A stretch of 64,000 bases of DNA from the NCBI GenBank assembly GCA_964016885.1, contig OZ024740.1, positions 56,358,001 through 56,422,000 of the forward strand, read 5' to 3'. A model generated the notes under the pieces. The model saw only the letters and a list, made by a program, of their open reading frames with translations, ran no database searches and was not told where the DNA came from. Both the position numbers and the translations under genes were made by a program. How positions within the stretch are numbered: position 1 is the stretch's first letter; each line of letters starts with the position of its first letter. Below, in pieces: positions 48,031 through 62,574 of the stretch. The stretch is from Eledone cirrhosa. Its lineage: Eukaryota.

Positions 48031-49049
48031 TCCTACTCGTTCCTCTCTCTCTCTATATATATATATATATATCACGATACATTAAAGGAACCATAGACTC
48101 TCGTCATTCCCTGTAAATAATGTGCTCAAAGGAGAGGAAACCCTGAGCTCTTTAAAATACAATATGTTGAAGAGGTAACACACTAGAGAGAGAGATACAG
48201 TGCGCTATCAATAAAACAGGGAAAAACCACCATTGTATGGAATCTATAACCTATGAAAGGCAGAGTATACACACGATAATTAAAAATATAAATTAAAGTG
48301 TAAATAAATACCTCTATAACTATATAACACACGTACAAATCCAAAGTGAAAGTGTGTTATATAGTTATAGAGGTATTTATTTACGCTTAATTTATATTTT
48401 TAATTATCGTGTGTATACTCTGCCTTTCATAGGTTGTAGATTCCATAGACTGGTGGTTTTTCCCTGTTTTACTGATAGCTCACTGTATCTCTGTCTCTCT
48501 AGTGTGTTACCTTTTCAACATATTGTATTTTAAAGAGCTCAGGATTTCCTCACCTTTGAACACATTATTTACAGGGAATGACGAGAGTCTATGGTTCCGT
48601 TAATGTATCGTGATATTTCGCTCCTTATCTTTCCTCTCTCTCTGTTTGGTTGAGCACACTTCTCTGAGTGGTTTGGGGCTGCCCTTTCTAGCAGCTCGTC
48701 CCTCAGAGGCCACTGGTTCACTACCCTTAAACACGCTGTGCCTTATCTCTCCCACGTGTAGCTGGACGGTTGCTTTAAAAATTCTCTTAGTGTTGTCTGA
48801 AATGTATAGCCTTACAAACGCTAATGAACCTGCGTTATTTCATTTCTGTCAACAACTTACTGGTGAAACAGATCACTTTCGATTTGTACGTGTGTTATAT
48901 AGTTATAGAAGTATTTATTTACGCTTTATTTTATATTTTTAATTATCGTGTGTATACTCTGCCTTTTATAGGTTATTGATTCCATACACTGGTTTTTCCC
49001 TGTTTTATTGATAGTTCACTGTATCTCTCTCTCTAGTGTGTTAGCTCTT

Positions 49050-49155
<106 letters not shown>

Positions 49156-49162
49156 ATATATA

Positions 49163-49586
49163 CAGGGTCAGTCAAAATTATGTTAACTCTAGTATGGGAG
49201 AAACCATTTATTCAGAATTAACTGAACAGTCTCAACCTGGTCACCAGCATGATCAATACACAAGAACCATCGATCAACAATACAATTTAGTGCCTGGGCA
49301 CACATTTCGCGGGAAATAATTGATATGGCACCTTGTATTCTGTCCTTGAGTTCATCCCTGTCTAACCTTTTAGCTATACACGTGCTCCGTTACCATTCCC
49401 CATTACCAGAAGTCACAGGGTGTCAGATCAGGGGAGTGTTGAGGCCATGCCAATGGTCCACCGCGACCTATCCAACGATTTGGAAATGTTTGATCGAGAA
49501 AAGCACGAACAGTACGAGCAATATGAGGCGGTGCACCATCCTATTGGAAATACAGAAAAGTGTTAACATAATTTTGACTCACCCTG
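49163..49586 (-). mobile_element. Tc1/mariner non-autonomous deletion derivative
   Basis: TIRs CAGGGTcAGTCAAAATTATGTTAAC with TA flanks. Minus-strand remnant FQ*DGAPPH...RWIGRGG..AWPQHSPDLTPCDFW. Confidence 0.9.
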
Positions 49587-50542
49587 TATATATATATATA
49601 CAGATATTCAAAACAACGAACAGCGGAGGACACGTTTCGCACCTTTCCGACAGACAACTACGTCACCTTTTTGTTCAACACTGACACAGGAACGATGTAC
49701 TAGTTTCAAGCTTATTAGCTATCGTCAGCACCCCCACTCCAAGCTGGTTAACCTCAGTGTCACGTGATTGATTCTTTTGAATTTGCCACTTGACCAAGAA
49801 GGCAGTGAATTTTTCAATGGCTTGGAATCTAGTCCCGCTCGCTTTTTTCCATCCACTGAATTATTTTTATATAAGTTCCCAGTGTCCCCGCATTGCCTGG
49901 AAGCTTAGCCGAGAATAGACTCCCTGATGACGTAAGGCTTCTCTATAGTTATTACATAGCTATATTTATCCCCTTACAGAAACTAATTAGTTGGAGTGAA
50001 ATTTTAGTAAGTAAGTCAATTTTCATAACTTTCTTATTTACGTCTTTCATATAATTGTTCTGCATTCCCCTGCATAGAACCACAAAGTTACTAAGACAAA
50101 AGATATATATCTGCTAGCATAGGTATGCATCTGTATACATATGTCGGTAGATATATTAATTCTTTATAATTATCACCAAATTATTTGTTGAGCAAAATTT
50201 GCCGAAATTACTACTGTGACTGATAGTTTTCTGTGCGCCTGGCCGACTGAACTCACTCGATATGCAAATTAGGCTGCTCAGCCGTTAATTTTCATAAGGA
50301 AAGTATATACTTTCGGATGTTCAACCATCTGGCAGAAAGGTATACGGTGCTGACGATAGCTAATAAGCTTGAAACTAGTACATCGTTCCTGTGTCAGTGT
50401 TGAACAAAAAGGTGACGTATGTATATATATACATGCTACTGTACGTATGTATATATATACATGCTACTGTATACATACATACTTACATTTAAGTAAGTGC
50501 CGTACTAAGAGTGAGAAATGAAATTTCGTTTCATTCTATTCC

Positions 50543-50589
<47 letters not shown>

Positions 50590-50642
50590 GGTGTGGGTGT
50601 GTGTGTGTATACTACAACTCTGTGAATGCTTGCTTGCTTGTG

Positions 50643-50691
<49 letters not shown>

Positions 50692-50869
50692 AAAGAGATG
50701 AAATCGAAAATGCAACTGGAGTCTTATTTTATTTTTTTTTAAATATATATATTTATATTAAAAAATATATATATTTATTTGGTGCATTTTCGATTTCATC
50801 TCTTTTTCTTTATACTTTCACTCGTGTAGGACACCTCGGTTATTTTTCATTTTGTAAAAGAAACCTCAC

Positions 50870-50925
<56 letters not shown>

Positions 50926-51676
50926 GGCTATGACCAGTGTATAAAGATCACAGGCATCCATATATATATATATACACACACATACGTATATATATGTATA
51001 TACACACACACATTTATATATATATACATACACACACGTATATATATACGATTCGAACTAACAATCCCTACCTTTAGTATAGGCCACTTAAATAACTAAT
51101 CTACAACTCTATTTAACACCACATAAAAACTATCACCATCACTAAATTAATCAAACGAAAATGTTTATCTGTCAAATAATAAAAAATAAAAAGTAAATCT
51201 CCGGTTTATTGCTAGAATACCTACAGCACAGTGGGGACCTCTAAAATTCTGTCTCCAAGTACATCTTAGTGGTTACTGTTATCTAGTCGCTACCCTATCA
51301 CTATATCTAATGTACCCTATAGCAGTTTTCACATGTCAATTATATACATCTGTATCATATCAGTCTGTTTAACATGCTAGATTCTTCATTATACTCTATC
51401 TCTTACTTATATTGATGTTATTATTTTAATTGTCTGCTATCTAGTTATTTTATTTTATCATTGATATTATTGTCCTGGTTTAATACCACACTTATATAAA
51501 AACCATGCCTTATGTATTTTCTTCATTTCACCCGCTCTGATGAAAAAGACTGGTTATAAACAAAGTATTGGAGATCGATTGGCGCAAAATCTAGACCTAC
51601 CAGATCAAAGAAACAATTGTCAGCAATGTGAATAAAGCCCTTATTGTATAGCGAACCATGTCAATCTTCTTTCTTG

Positions 51677-51728
<52 letters not shown>

Positions 51729-51813
51729 ATATTTGGGGAGGGTCATATTGTTTTAATATTGCCAAAAATAATAACAGAACACACTCACTGTTATTATTTC
51801 TGGCAATATTAAA

Positions 51814-52150
51814 GCCGAGGTTAACTTTGCCTTTCATCCCTACGGGGTCGATAAAATAAAGTACCAGTAATGTACTGGGTAATTGCTGGCCTTGTGCCTA
51901 AAAATAGAAACAATTATTTCTGGCAATATTAAGAGCGATGGATTGGCAGTATCGGTAGAAGGTTGGACGCCTTGCAGCACAGAGTTACGTCCCTTTATGA
52001 TCTGAGTTCAAATCCCGCCAAGGTTAACTTTGCCTTTCATCCTTACGGGGTCGATAAAATAAAATACCAGTCACGCACTGGGGTCGATTTAATCGACTGT
52101 CCCCTCCCCCAAATTGCTGGCCTTGCGCCTATATAAGAAACCATTATTTC
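51814..52150 (+). mobile_element. two SINE copies
   Basis: Same family as 3594. Confidence 0.85.
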
Positions 52151-55100
52151 TGGTAATATTACATCAATATGACGCTCCCCAAAAACCTCGCAAAGCAAAT
52201 TCATCGCCGTCATATATATATATATTTCGTATATACGCTGTAACATCCTCTATACGAATTTATATATTTTTTTATTAGCTGTGATTACATATACAAGGCA
52301 CTCTTTACAACACACCCAACACATGAAGTGCCATATTTAGGACTCATACACCGACATACATATATATATGTATACGTATATATATATATATATATGTACA
52401 TAAGTGTATGTGTGACACTGTATGTGTTGGGTGTGACGTATATATATACGTATATATATATATACGTATATATATATATAAATATATGTATATATATATA
52501 TATGTCGGTGTATGAGTCCTAAATATGGCACTTCACCTAGGCTTAATTCTAACCATAATACCCTAAATCTAAACCTAACGTTTAATGATAACATTAGATC
52601 TTAAACTAACGCTAAACCTAAATTTAAGAGTTAGTGTCAAAACTGGAGTAAGTGTATTATTCGTTTTGTTTTCCTGTTTTTTTCTCTCAGCTATGTTTGA
52701 ACTTTCCTATCAGACCTCCAAACCTCCTACCGCAAATTCGAAAAAAATATTTGACTCTGGTGGACTCCGCAACAAAGCATCAGTAATTTGAATTAGGTAC
52801 GCAACTTATTCTAAATTTAATACGCATTCAACAGAACTACCCATCATTATTGAGATTTTCACTGATGCATATGAAAGCGTCAGTCTAACTTTCAGTCTAA
52901 CAAGTACCAAACAGAGAAGGGTCATTTGTGACAAAGACCAATAACTTCGCGAACGTGGAACAAACAAGTGATTACCCCGTTGGAAACTTTTAACCAACGA
53001 GTGTTTTGTACACAGAATGCGATATAAATGAACTAAAAAAAAAGAGAAGAATGGAATGAAATCGGAATTGAAACCACCATAAAACCTTTAACTCAAATAA
53101 CATCATACATAATAAATGAAAAATAAATAATATCGTTTTAGTTATAAAGAATTAGTTATGGTTATGAATATTTAGTTATTGTTGTCTATCCATTGCAGGC
53201 GTTCTTTCTCGCCATTCTTTTTTTACATCTCTCTCTCACTCTCTCTCTCTCTATATATATATATATAACTCTCTCTCACACTCCTTTTCTCACTCTCTCT
53301 CCCATATCTCTCTCTCACTCTCCCCCTCTCTCTTTTTGTCTCCCACTGCTTCTTTCGGTCTTCTCTGTCTCTTCACATTCAATTAGCATTGTATTACCCT
53401 ATTCCCTCTTTGTACATCTATTTATCTTAATATTCTTCCTCTACTATAATATTTTAAAAAAAGGTGTGAATGGTGTGGAGAGGAAGGGGGCTTGTCTTTT
53501 ATTTTCTAGTTGGAATGCGGCTCAGTAGAATTAATCTTTTTTCACTTATAAATGGAAGATGATATTTCAGAAATTTGCCCTTAAAGAAAATAGTTGTTTT
53601 TGGAGATTCGAAAGTCAAACAGTTTGAAAGAAAATCTTGATAAAGAAAATCCCGATGTAACTACAGAAAGAGAAGACAAAAAAGTATATTAAATAAATAA
53701 ATATTAAAATACATCTAAAAACCAACAATAGAGGCGGTATCTGTGAGTGAGCTGTTGGTGAGTGGTGGGTAAGGAGCAAACCAATTTATGATTATTTGTA
53801 AGTTTTAACTGATAATAAATATATTAAAATGCTATGTTACAGCTGCGCTGGAATAGGCTGAGATTGAAATTTCCTTCGTGGATTTATCATAATGTATCAA
53901 TTGTTCACAATATCTTGATTCCCTTGATTACATTTATCTTTGAGAAACAGGATGATGACACCTTTCTTATTTGATTTTCCTCGAGAATTTAGGATTGGGT
54001 GCAATTTTCTTAGTCATTATACTCTGCGGAAAAATGCATACGTTGACAGCTAAAAAAAAAGATTGATATTACTTTAAAATGATGAGGTAGTTAATTGGAA
54101 GCAAGAGAGAAAGAGAGAAAGAGAGAGACTGAGGGAGAGAGATAGAAAAAGAAAGAGAGAGAGAGAAAAGCGAGAGTGAAAGAAAGAGAAGGTTGACAGA
54201 GAGGAAAACGCAACAACTAAAATTGGTGTTTTCTTAAACTATTTTAAAGGATCGTGAACTACAATTAAGCTCTTCATTTTCAATGATTTTCCTTTTTGAT
54301 AAAACTTTTGTTAGTTTCAAGTTATTTCGTTTACGTAAGCGGCTCTAAATTAAAAAAAAAACTTTTGTGAAGTCAATGCTGTTTCTAAGAGTATTTAAGG
54401 TTGTGCATGAATTTGCCTTATAATTGTATTTTCTTTTGTTTAAGTAAAAAACATCAAATTAAAAATATGGTATTTCCTTGGGATCATGCTAAATTCTTGG
54501 GGCACTCGTGGAGTAAACGGACTCGCCTCATTCTGCAATCATAGCATAATTTTTTTTTCATGCAATATTTATCATTGTACACCAATCGAGTGTAGTCTAC
54601 CTTGCCCGAGGATCTTGTGTTCTGTGCAACACCAACGATGGTTGCTGCTATTTCAATATATCCATATAGATTGGAGTCAGTTTCACAAAATTGAAGCTAA
54701 TGAGTTTTTCGTTTAAGCAAAAAAATATATTTACATTATGCTATAATGGTGGAGAAAATCACTTCTCACAAAAATTGTCTACTGTGAGCCAATGATGTCG
54801 TTTGATTTGCTAGAAATAGCAACGATGGCTTCCCTCAAACCTTAGAATACTGCCTTCAGCGTAAAAATAGATATAGCAAATAGCAGAACTTAATTCTACA
54901 TATTTTCTATTTGAAAATAGAGTAGAAAACGAAAGATATGACATTAGCGCGTTTGATCATAAGTGAGCTCAATAGGACAACAGCGACTTTATCAAGAATT
55001 ACATGACTGCTCATAACATCAGATGGTCGAATCGACAGTGTACAGGACATTTAACCAATAGGTTCTGTGGCAAATCATTTCATCCTCATTGAGCTGTGTT

Positions 55101-55354
55101 GAGTGGGCTTAGAGTACGATTGCAATTGGAAAGAGTTGTTGCTTAATCTCGGACAGAAATACATGAAATTATCTTGAATCATATTGAAATGGAATAGTCC
55201 GCATTTTGATTATGAACTGCACGTATGTAATGCATGTTTTATAAATCTTTTCTCAAATAGACTTATGTCTCATGGTGGATATCCATTTAAGGTGACAGTT
55301 ATGGTTATCCTGTATTTTTAAAGAATTTATTCTACCTCAAGACACGAACATTCA

Positions 55355-55600
55355 CTTCTTCTTCGCCCACTTATTCCTGAGAGGGTCGTGGGGGTGGGCT
55401 AGAGTCTTCAAACACTCCCTCCATCGGGTCCTGTCAGAAGCAACCATCTCCAACTGATCCGGCTGGATCCCCAAGCGTGACCAATGTTATCCAACCATCT
55501 TGCTCGGGGTCTACTCCTGCGTCTCTTGCTAGTTGGTTTTGCCCGTAAAATCTGTTCAGCAATTCTTTCCAGAGACATTCTAACCACATGTCCAATGATG
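55355..55600 (-). mobile_element. 3' fragment of the same RTE-like LINE family
   Basis: Similar to 6090-6320, with a short (TTC)n tail. Confidence 0.75.
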
Positions 55601-56388
55601 GGAATTTTTATATTGGCTGTTGTTGTTACTTAGCTCCACGCCAATCTTGAGCGAACAGACGTACGTATGATTAAAGGCATTACAATTGTAATTATGCAAA
55701 TGGAATGGTTTTCCATCCGTTTCAACGATGAATATTCCAGTTTTTCAACCAACGTAAATGTCTACTCCTGAAATTAAAATGACTGAGCATTCCAATGGCA
55801 CGTGTACCCTTAGCTTAAATCTTAGGAGGATTCAGTGTGTGACAAGGCTGACCCTTCCAGTTACAAACACAGTTTATTTCACACTGCTTCAGTTCACACA
55901 GAAAACATTAGTTGAACCATTAATTGAACCATTAATTAAACATGCTAGCATTGTCACATATTGTGTCCCACTGAGACCCCCGAGAAATAAGTTATGGTGT
56001 CTGTGAAATGCTCAGCCACTAACACGGTAAGTTCATGAGCAAATTGTTCTGTTGATCGTGTTAACTGGAAGATTTGTTGTCGGAACCGATGGAGGGTCAA
56101 CACCAACCACAAAGCACAAAACTATACCCACGCCTGTTTGAGCTTTTGTGGGGAAAACAATACACACTCTCTTTCCAAATTGTGGAACCCTAACAGCGCA
56201 AAAGAAAAACAAAACAAAACAAAACAAGAGCTTTTAATGACCAAATCCTATAAGAAAGCTATGGTGATCAACCAGGCAAGGTTCGTCCAACAAGAGTGAG
56301 AAGGCCCTGAATTGGGATTGGGATAAATATGTATATATATATCTATATATATATTGGAAAATGTGTGTAATCCTTGGTACAGTTAGGT

Positions 56389-57770
56389 ATATTAAGACAC
56401 GGGGAAGAAAAAATGGCTTCACTTGTGCTTTCAACAAATTTATTTTCTTCACAAAATCCAAAAAGAATTTTTTTCCGGATTAGAAAAATTTTTTTCTTAA
56501 AAAAAATTATTTTATAAATTAAGTTGTTGGTTGTTGGTAGTCATCTAGGTCACGTTTCCAGTTTTTATTAATGTAGGAGGCGAAGTCGTGACTGAATGTT
56601 ATCTGTAGTTGGGAATATAATTTTGCCTCTAAGTGACCCATAACGAGCGTTGCATATGTAGAGGCCACTTTGGTACCCATGGCTGTTCCTTTTATTTGTA
56701 GATAAAGTTCGTTGTCAAAGAGGAAGTGGTTGTTTTCCAATACTAATTTAAGTCCTTCCAAGATGAATTCTTTTGGGAATCTTTCTGAAATGTGACTTGA
56801 GTATTTTGTAATCCAGAAGTCCACAGCTTCAATCCCTAGGTCGTGTGGGATGTTAGTGTACAGGCTTATTACATCAAAACTGACTAGGATTGTATCCTGG
56901 TGTACTTTTTGGGGATATAGTTAAGGAATTCCATATCATCTCTGATGTAGCTTGGAACTTTTTTACATAGGGATTTGAGTATGATGTCTAATAGGTTGCT
57001 TAGACGTTGTGTGCTTGAGGCTGGGCCAGCAATAATGGGGCGTAATTTTAAGTCTGTCGGTTTTGGTGCTTCGATGTATGATGTATTTTTCCCTTTTATG
57101 TTGTTTTGGATTTCTATGGATTTGTGAATTTTTGGTAATCCATAGAAATTGCTGGTTTTCATTTCGAAGTTGGTTAGGTAATCTACTTCTTTTGGTGTTA
57201 GGTTGTTTTGGTACTTTGTTGTTAGTTTGGCTATTTGGTTCCTCGATTTCCTTTCTTCGTTTTTAGTGATTTTCCTGTAGAAGTTTTCGTCATTCAAGTG
57301 TGCTAGAACCATATCTTTGTAGTGGTTTGTGTCCATGATGACGATTGCACCACCTTTGTCCGCTTCTTTTATTATTATTGAGGAATCCCTTTGTAGCTTG
57401 TTCAATGCTAGTAGTTGGTCTGTAGGGATGTTGCGTTTGTGTTTCGTCTCGGCCGTATTTGTACGTGCTGATCGGCGAAGGCAGGTTATGTATTCCTACA
57501 GGTATTTATCTCTATTTAGCGGGGGTGTGAAGATCTTTTTGTTTTTCACCAGTGATTCTTCCTCGTATTGTACACCCTGGAAGAATTCTCCTAAGCGTAA
57601 TTTTCGACAGTATTCTTCTGTGTCTTTTATAACATCGGCTGTATCTGCTTTCGGAGTGGGAGTGAACTTCAGTTCATTTTCTAACAGTTGTATTTCTGGT
57701 TGTGTTAATTTCTTGGCTGATATATTGATTTATTTTGGTTCGATTGGTTCTTTCTCGTCAGGTGCCACTT
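56389..57770 (-). mobile_element. Penelope-like element reverse transcriptase fragment (frameshifted, truncated)
   Basis: Motifs IIIKEADKGGAIVIMD, FYGLPKIHK, LRPII, YLQIKGTAMGT and WKRxLDD are characteristic of PLE RTs. Confidence 0.92.
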
Positions 57771-57807
57771 GAAAGGTGGTGCTTTTTTCTTTTTTTCTTT
57801 CATTTGG

Positions 57808-58131
57808 TTCTTTGACAACGAACTTTATCTACAAATAAAAGGAACAGCCATGGGTACCAAAGTGGCCCCTACATATGCAATGCTCGTTATGGGTCACTTA
57901 GAGGCAAAATTATATTCCCAACTACAGATAACATTCAGTCACGACTTCGCCTCCTACATTAATAAAAACTGGAAACGTTACCTAGATGACTACCAACAAC
58001 CAACAACTTAATTTATAAAATAATTTTTTTAAAGAATTTTTTCTAATCCGGAAAAAAATTCTTTTTGGATTTTGTGAAGAAAATAAATTTGTTGAAAGCA
58101 CAAGTGAAGCCATTTTTTCTTCCCCCCTGTC

Positions 58132-58137
<6 letters not shown>
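57808..58137 (+). mobile_element. inverted partial duplicate of the same Penelope-like RT fragment
   Basis: FDNELYLQIKGTAMGTKVAPTYA...WKRYLDDYQQPTT on plus; reverse complement of ~56389-56720. Confidence 0.92.
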
Positions 58138-58201
<64 letters not shown>

Positions 58202-58207
58202 TGTGTC

Positions 58208-58251
<44 letters not shown>

Positions 58252-58339
58252 AAACTGATATTACACATCTACATGAAAAAAATGACTGTCCGCCATGTTT
58301 AGGATATAATCTAGCAGTAGCACCAGAAACTACCATCAC

Positions 58340-58383
58340 ACCTACTACTGCTTCTACTACTATTACTGCTGCTGCTGCTGCTG

Positions 58384-58447
<64 letters not shown>

Positions 58448-58585
58448 ACTGCTGCTACTGCTACTACTACTACTACTATACGATTGCGGCTATTGCTGCC
58501 ACTACCACAAATACAACGAAGACGAAGACCCCAATCATCACCACCATTGCCACCGTAACTACTACCACCACCATCACCACCATTA
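58340..58585. repeat. (CTA)n/(CTG)n/(CAC)n trinucleotide microsatellite
   Basis: Direct reading. Confidence 0.9.
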
Positions 58586-59202
58586 TCCAACGAGAAGGCC
58601 TTTATGTGGTTGCTAAAGACGGTAGTAATGGCGGCCGAATTCCTTTAAATAAAAAAAATATATACAAAGAACGCATTAGACAATGTAGTTTCTGATATTA
58701 AAGAAACAAAAACGAGTTAGTTACAGCTGGAACGGCTTTGATCACACGTCTATTTAATTAGTGTAGGCATGGGCTTAAACGGCATAAAAGACAAGTATTA
58801 CCTACAGCTAGCAGTTAGTTACAAAATATAGTAACGTATAGAATGTAGATCTACTCCGTCGTATTTTCTTATCATGTGAGTCGGGTCACTTGACTAATAT
58901 TGCTCTTTAAGTTATTCCTGTCTTGCTTAGATTACAAATGTTCCCTTCCCTGTTATGTGAGAAGATTTTGAACAAAAACAACAATATGCCTATATATAAC
59001 AGATACTGAAAAACCATCGAGGAAGCCCCTTATCTGTTGTGGCAGAATGCTTTAGTGATGTACTAAGATTAAGTAGTTCAATGTGCTGAAAATATTCCAG
59101 CCATATGTATTTATTGGAGCTTAAAGTATTTTGGAACTGAATAAATGAATACCTAAAATGCTTGCACACACATACATAAATAGACACACATAAATATATA
59201 TA

Positions 59203-59286
<84 letters not shown>

Positions 59287-59381
59287 TATCAAATTATAAT
59301 ATAGAGTTAGAAACTCACAAGTCCCCTATGATCAAGGGAGCTAAAGGAAGAGAAATCGAGCTCATTATAAATTATAGCAAT

Positions 59382-59560
59382 GGGCGGTGGATTGGCAGTA
59401 TCGGTGGAGGGTCGGACGCCATGCTTTCCAGCATAGTTACGGCCCTTTACGATCTGAGTTCAAATCCCGCCGAGGTTGACTTTCACGGGATCGATAAAAT
59501 AAAGTACCAGTAATGCACTGGGTAATTGCTGGCCTTGTGCCTAAACTAGAAGCAATTATA
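59382..59560 (+). mobile_element. SINE flanked by a direct repeat (attataaattatagcaatg), possible TSD
   Basis: A/B boxes present; same family as 3594; the repeat occurs on both sides. Confidence 0.85.
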
Positions 59561-60337
59561 AATTATAGCAATGCGAGAATGCTCATTATAAGTTATGTCA
59601 GATAATAGGGGATAACATTTTACCCTGGTAAAGCACATAAAAACTACAGATGGAGCGGTAAATACAAATTGATAAAATAATCAAAATGTACATACCTCCA
59701 CAATAACGATATACACTTGGACATAAGATGTATATTATATATACACACATATATTGGCATCATATATACAATACATACATGCATAAATATACATATATAT
59801 TTAATTTTTCGCTATGAAAAATGCGAAGAATCATAATACTCGCAGGGTCTTTATAACAGGTGTACCTGCTTCTTATGAACCTCACATACTAAAGGAAGAG
59901 AGAGAGAATATAACTAAACTCCGAAAGCAAATAGTTTCAACGAACAGGAAGTGCATACAGGTTAGCCCAGGGCAGCTTGAATACGGAATTAGGTCGCTAA
60001 AAATAGCAGTCCATAGCAAATCAAGTATACAAAGGCTCAACTATGTTTAATTAATAAATTAAGAGCCCAAATACGTCAAATTATAATATAGAGTTAGAAC
60101 TCACAATAAGTCCCCTATGATCAAGGGAACTCAAGGAAGAGAGACCGAGCACATTAACAGTAATGTACTGGGTAATTGCTGGCCTTGTGCCAAAAGTAGA
60201 AACATTTATATATATATATATATATATATATAAATTAATGTGTGTATGTATATATATATACACACATTAATTTATTATGGCTATTGGTGAGATTTGTTAC
60301 TCTAAAGTTTCACCTGCACACTCCCAGAATCACCAGT

Positions 60338-60386
60338 CTTGTCTGATGATCCTGTGAGTACTCAGGTGAAACTCCAGAGTAACAAG
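60338..60386 (+). ncRNA. type I hammerhead ribozyme motif
   Basis: CTTGT-CTGATGA-tCCTG tgagtact CAGGt-GAAA-CTC ca GAG-TA-ACAAG. All three stems can form, with a GUA triplet. Confidence 0.78.
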
Positions 60387-61404
60387 GCTTAGTCATAATA
60401 AATGAATATTTAAACTCTACTTCGGTATTGAGTTTTCATTCTTACGTCCGACAATAATTCACGTACTCTCAGGTCTTGAATAATCGTCCCTATCCACCCC
60501 ACCCACCTCCACCCCCGGTTTGTATTCTATCCCCCCATTTAATTTTGCTAATCTATCTCCGGCAATATTTCATTATAAGTGATTGATATTGATAGAGCAG
60601 CTATAATTTTAACAAACAATATATATGACAAAAGAAGAACATTACAAGAAATCGCATATTTACAAACATTCACTATACATTTACTAGCTTCCCAAGAACC
60701 CACCACAACCACCATTCTGGCCACACCTATTATTTGTGACCCGAGAGTGCCACCGAACAATTACTGATTCCCCAAGACCCCCTTCCCCCCATTATTGATA
60801 ACCCTCCTATTATAGAGAGGAAGAGAGTTTGATGGCACTCACGGGTCCAAAATAATCCCATATCTGAAGAGTGTCGAACCGAGCTGATCGATATGGAAAC
60901 AATTTGTAATACGCAATCAAGTTTACAAAAAAGCTGCAATTCTTATTGTCACTTTATATACACTCTACAATCTACAGCTGCCTTAAACCTGGAGCACAAC
61001 CTGACGAGGGACGGACAAAGTAACAGCATCGAGTGCTTCGACGAGCGTCGCCGCTAGTAACTACGAGTTACTCACATAATATCTAATATATAAATATATA
61101 TATATATATATATACTGCCAATACTGGAATTGAATAATCAAGACTGTAGCGGTATGTCATATATCAATTCATTTATTTTTGTCTGATGAGGATGTACTGA
61201 AAAAACAACACAGTACCTTTGAAATAGATATAATAAAGTATATATTTTGATTATGAGAATATTTTTCATTTGTTAACATTTCGAATAATATATATATATA
61301 TATACAAATGGAAGTTTAGTAAAATCGAAGCTTCGGCTGTAGCCAAGCTAATGAGATACAATGAGGGATTATGCAGCCAAACACTCCATGAGGAATCTCA
61401 GAAT

Positions 61405-61595
61405 AATAATTGTTTCTACTTTAGACACAAGGCCAGCAATTCCCCAGTGCATTACTGGTACTTTATTTTATCGACCCCGTAAGGATGAAAGGCAAAGTCA
61501 ACCTCGGCGGGATTTGAACTCAGATCGAAAAGGGATGTAACTATGCTGGAAAGCATGGCGTCCGATCCTCTACCGATACTGCCAATCCACCGCCA
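61405..61595 (-). mobile_element. SINE with TSD-like repeat aatctcagaataataat
   Basis: Full-length copy; the direct repeat is at ~61393 and ~61595. Confidence 0.87.
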
Positions 61596-62199
61596 ATCTC
61601 AGAATAATAATATTCGTTAGGCGGCATGACAAATTGAAAATTGTAACAGGCAAGGCTAGCCACGACACCGAAGCAACGAAAAAACCAACAGGTTAATAAA
61701 CAAACCTGGACTGTCTCAGAGGCAGAGTGTCATTTCTTCGATAGGTTTCTATCAATCTTAGATCAACAATCCTACTTACGCAAGTATGCAAGATTTTGGT
61801 GTTTGAAGACCGAACTGTGGATTCACGTTATCAACAGGTTTCCGTTCTGTACCTTGATCCGGTGTGGTATGAAGTAGCAAGCCACTGTTGTTAGCAGCGG
61901 TTAATGCCTCAATTATCACGTGCTTTTTCCCAACAAGGGGTTTGGTGGGCAAATTCAAAATGTGAATAAGGGAAGCGTGTTCCCTGCACAAACCGAATGA
62001 GAAGCACTCGACCAGGCGTTATTAAACAAATATAAATAATTAATCAATCAATGGAATTGTCTAATTAAATTAATTAATTAATTATTAGGCCTAGAAGATA
62101 ATAATACTAATAGAAGTTTAGTAAAATCGAAGCTTCTATATATAATTACATAATAAACAACACAATATAATTATTCCTTTGCCTTTTCTACGGAAATAC

Positions 62200-62279
<80 letters not shown>

Positions 62280-62574
62280 CAATGATATTAAATAAATGGA
62301 AACTATATTTATAAAACCATATTTATTTTATTATATATATTTCAAGGGCAACCAAGACAACATTGGTACGCTTTCATCAGATAAAATACAAATTTTGTTT
62401 TACAAATAGAGACATACCCATGAAAATCATACCTGATCGGTTGGAAATTCACTGGATAGTGGAAATATATTAGGGATTATTCAAACTTATGTGTGAATAT
62501 GCATATGTATATGTAAATGAAAAACAACCGTTTATTTAAATGACAACCGTTTTATTTAGCTAGCCATGCCCTTT

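Noticed and set aside
61776-61991. Integrase-like DQGTE motif, with a 15-bp match (cacgttatcaacagg) to ~17026-17040
   Set aside because: Too short, with no supporting DDE context; cannot be classified by eye.
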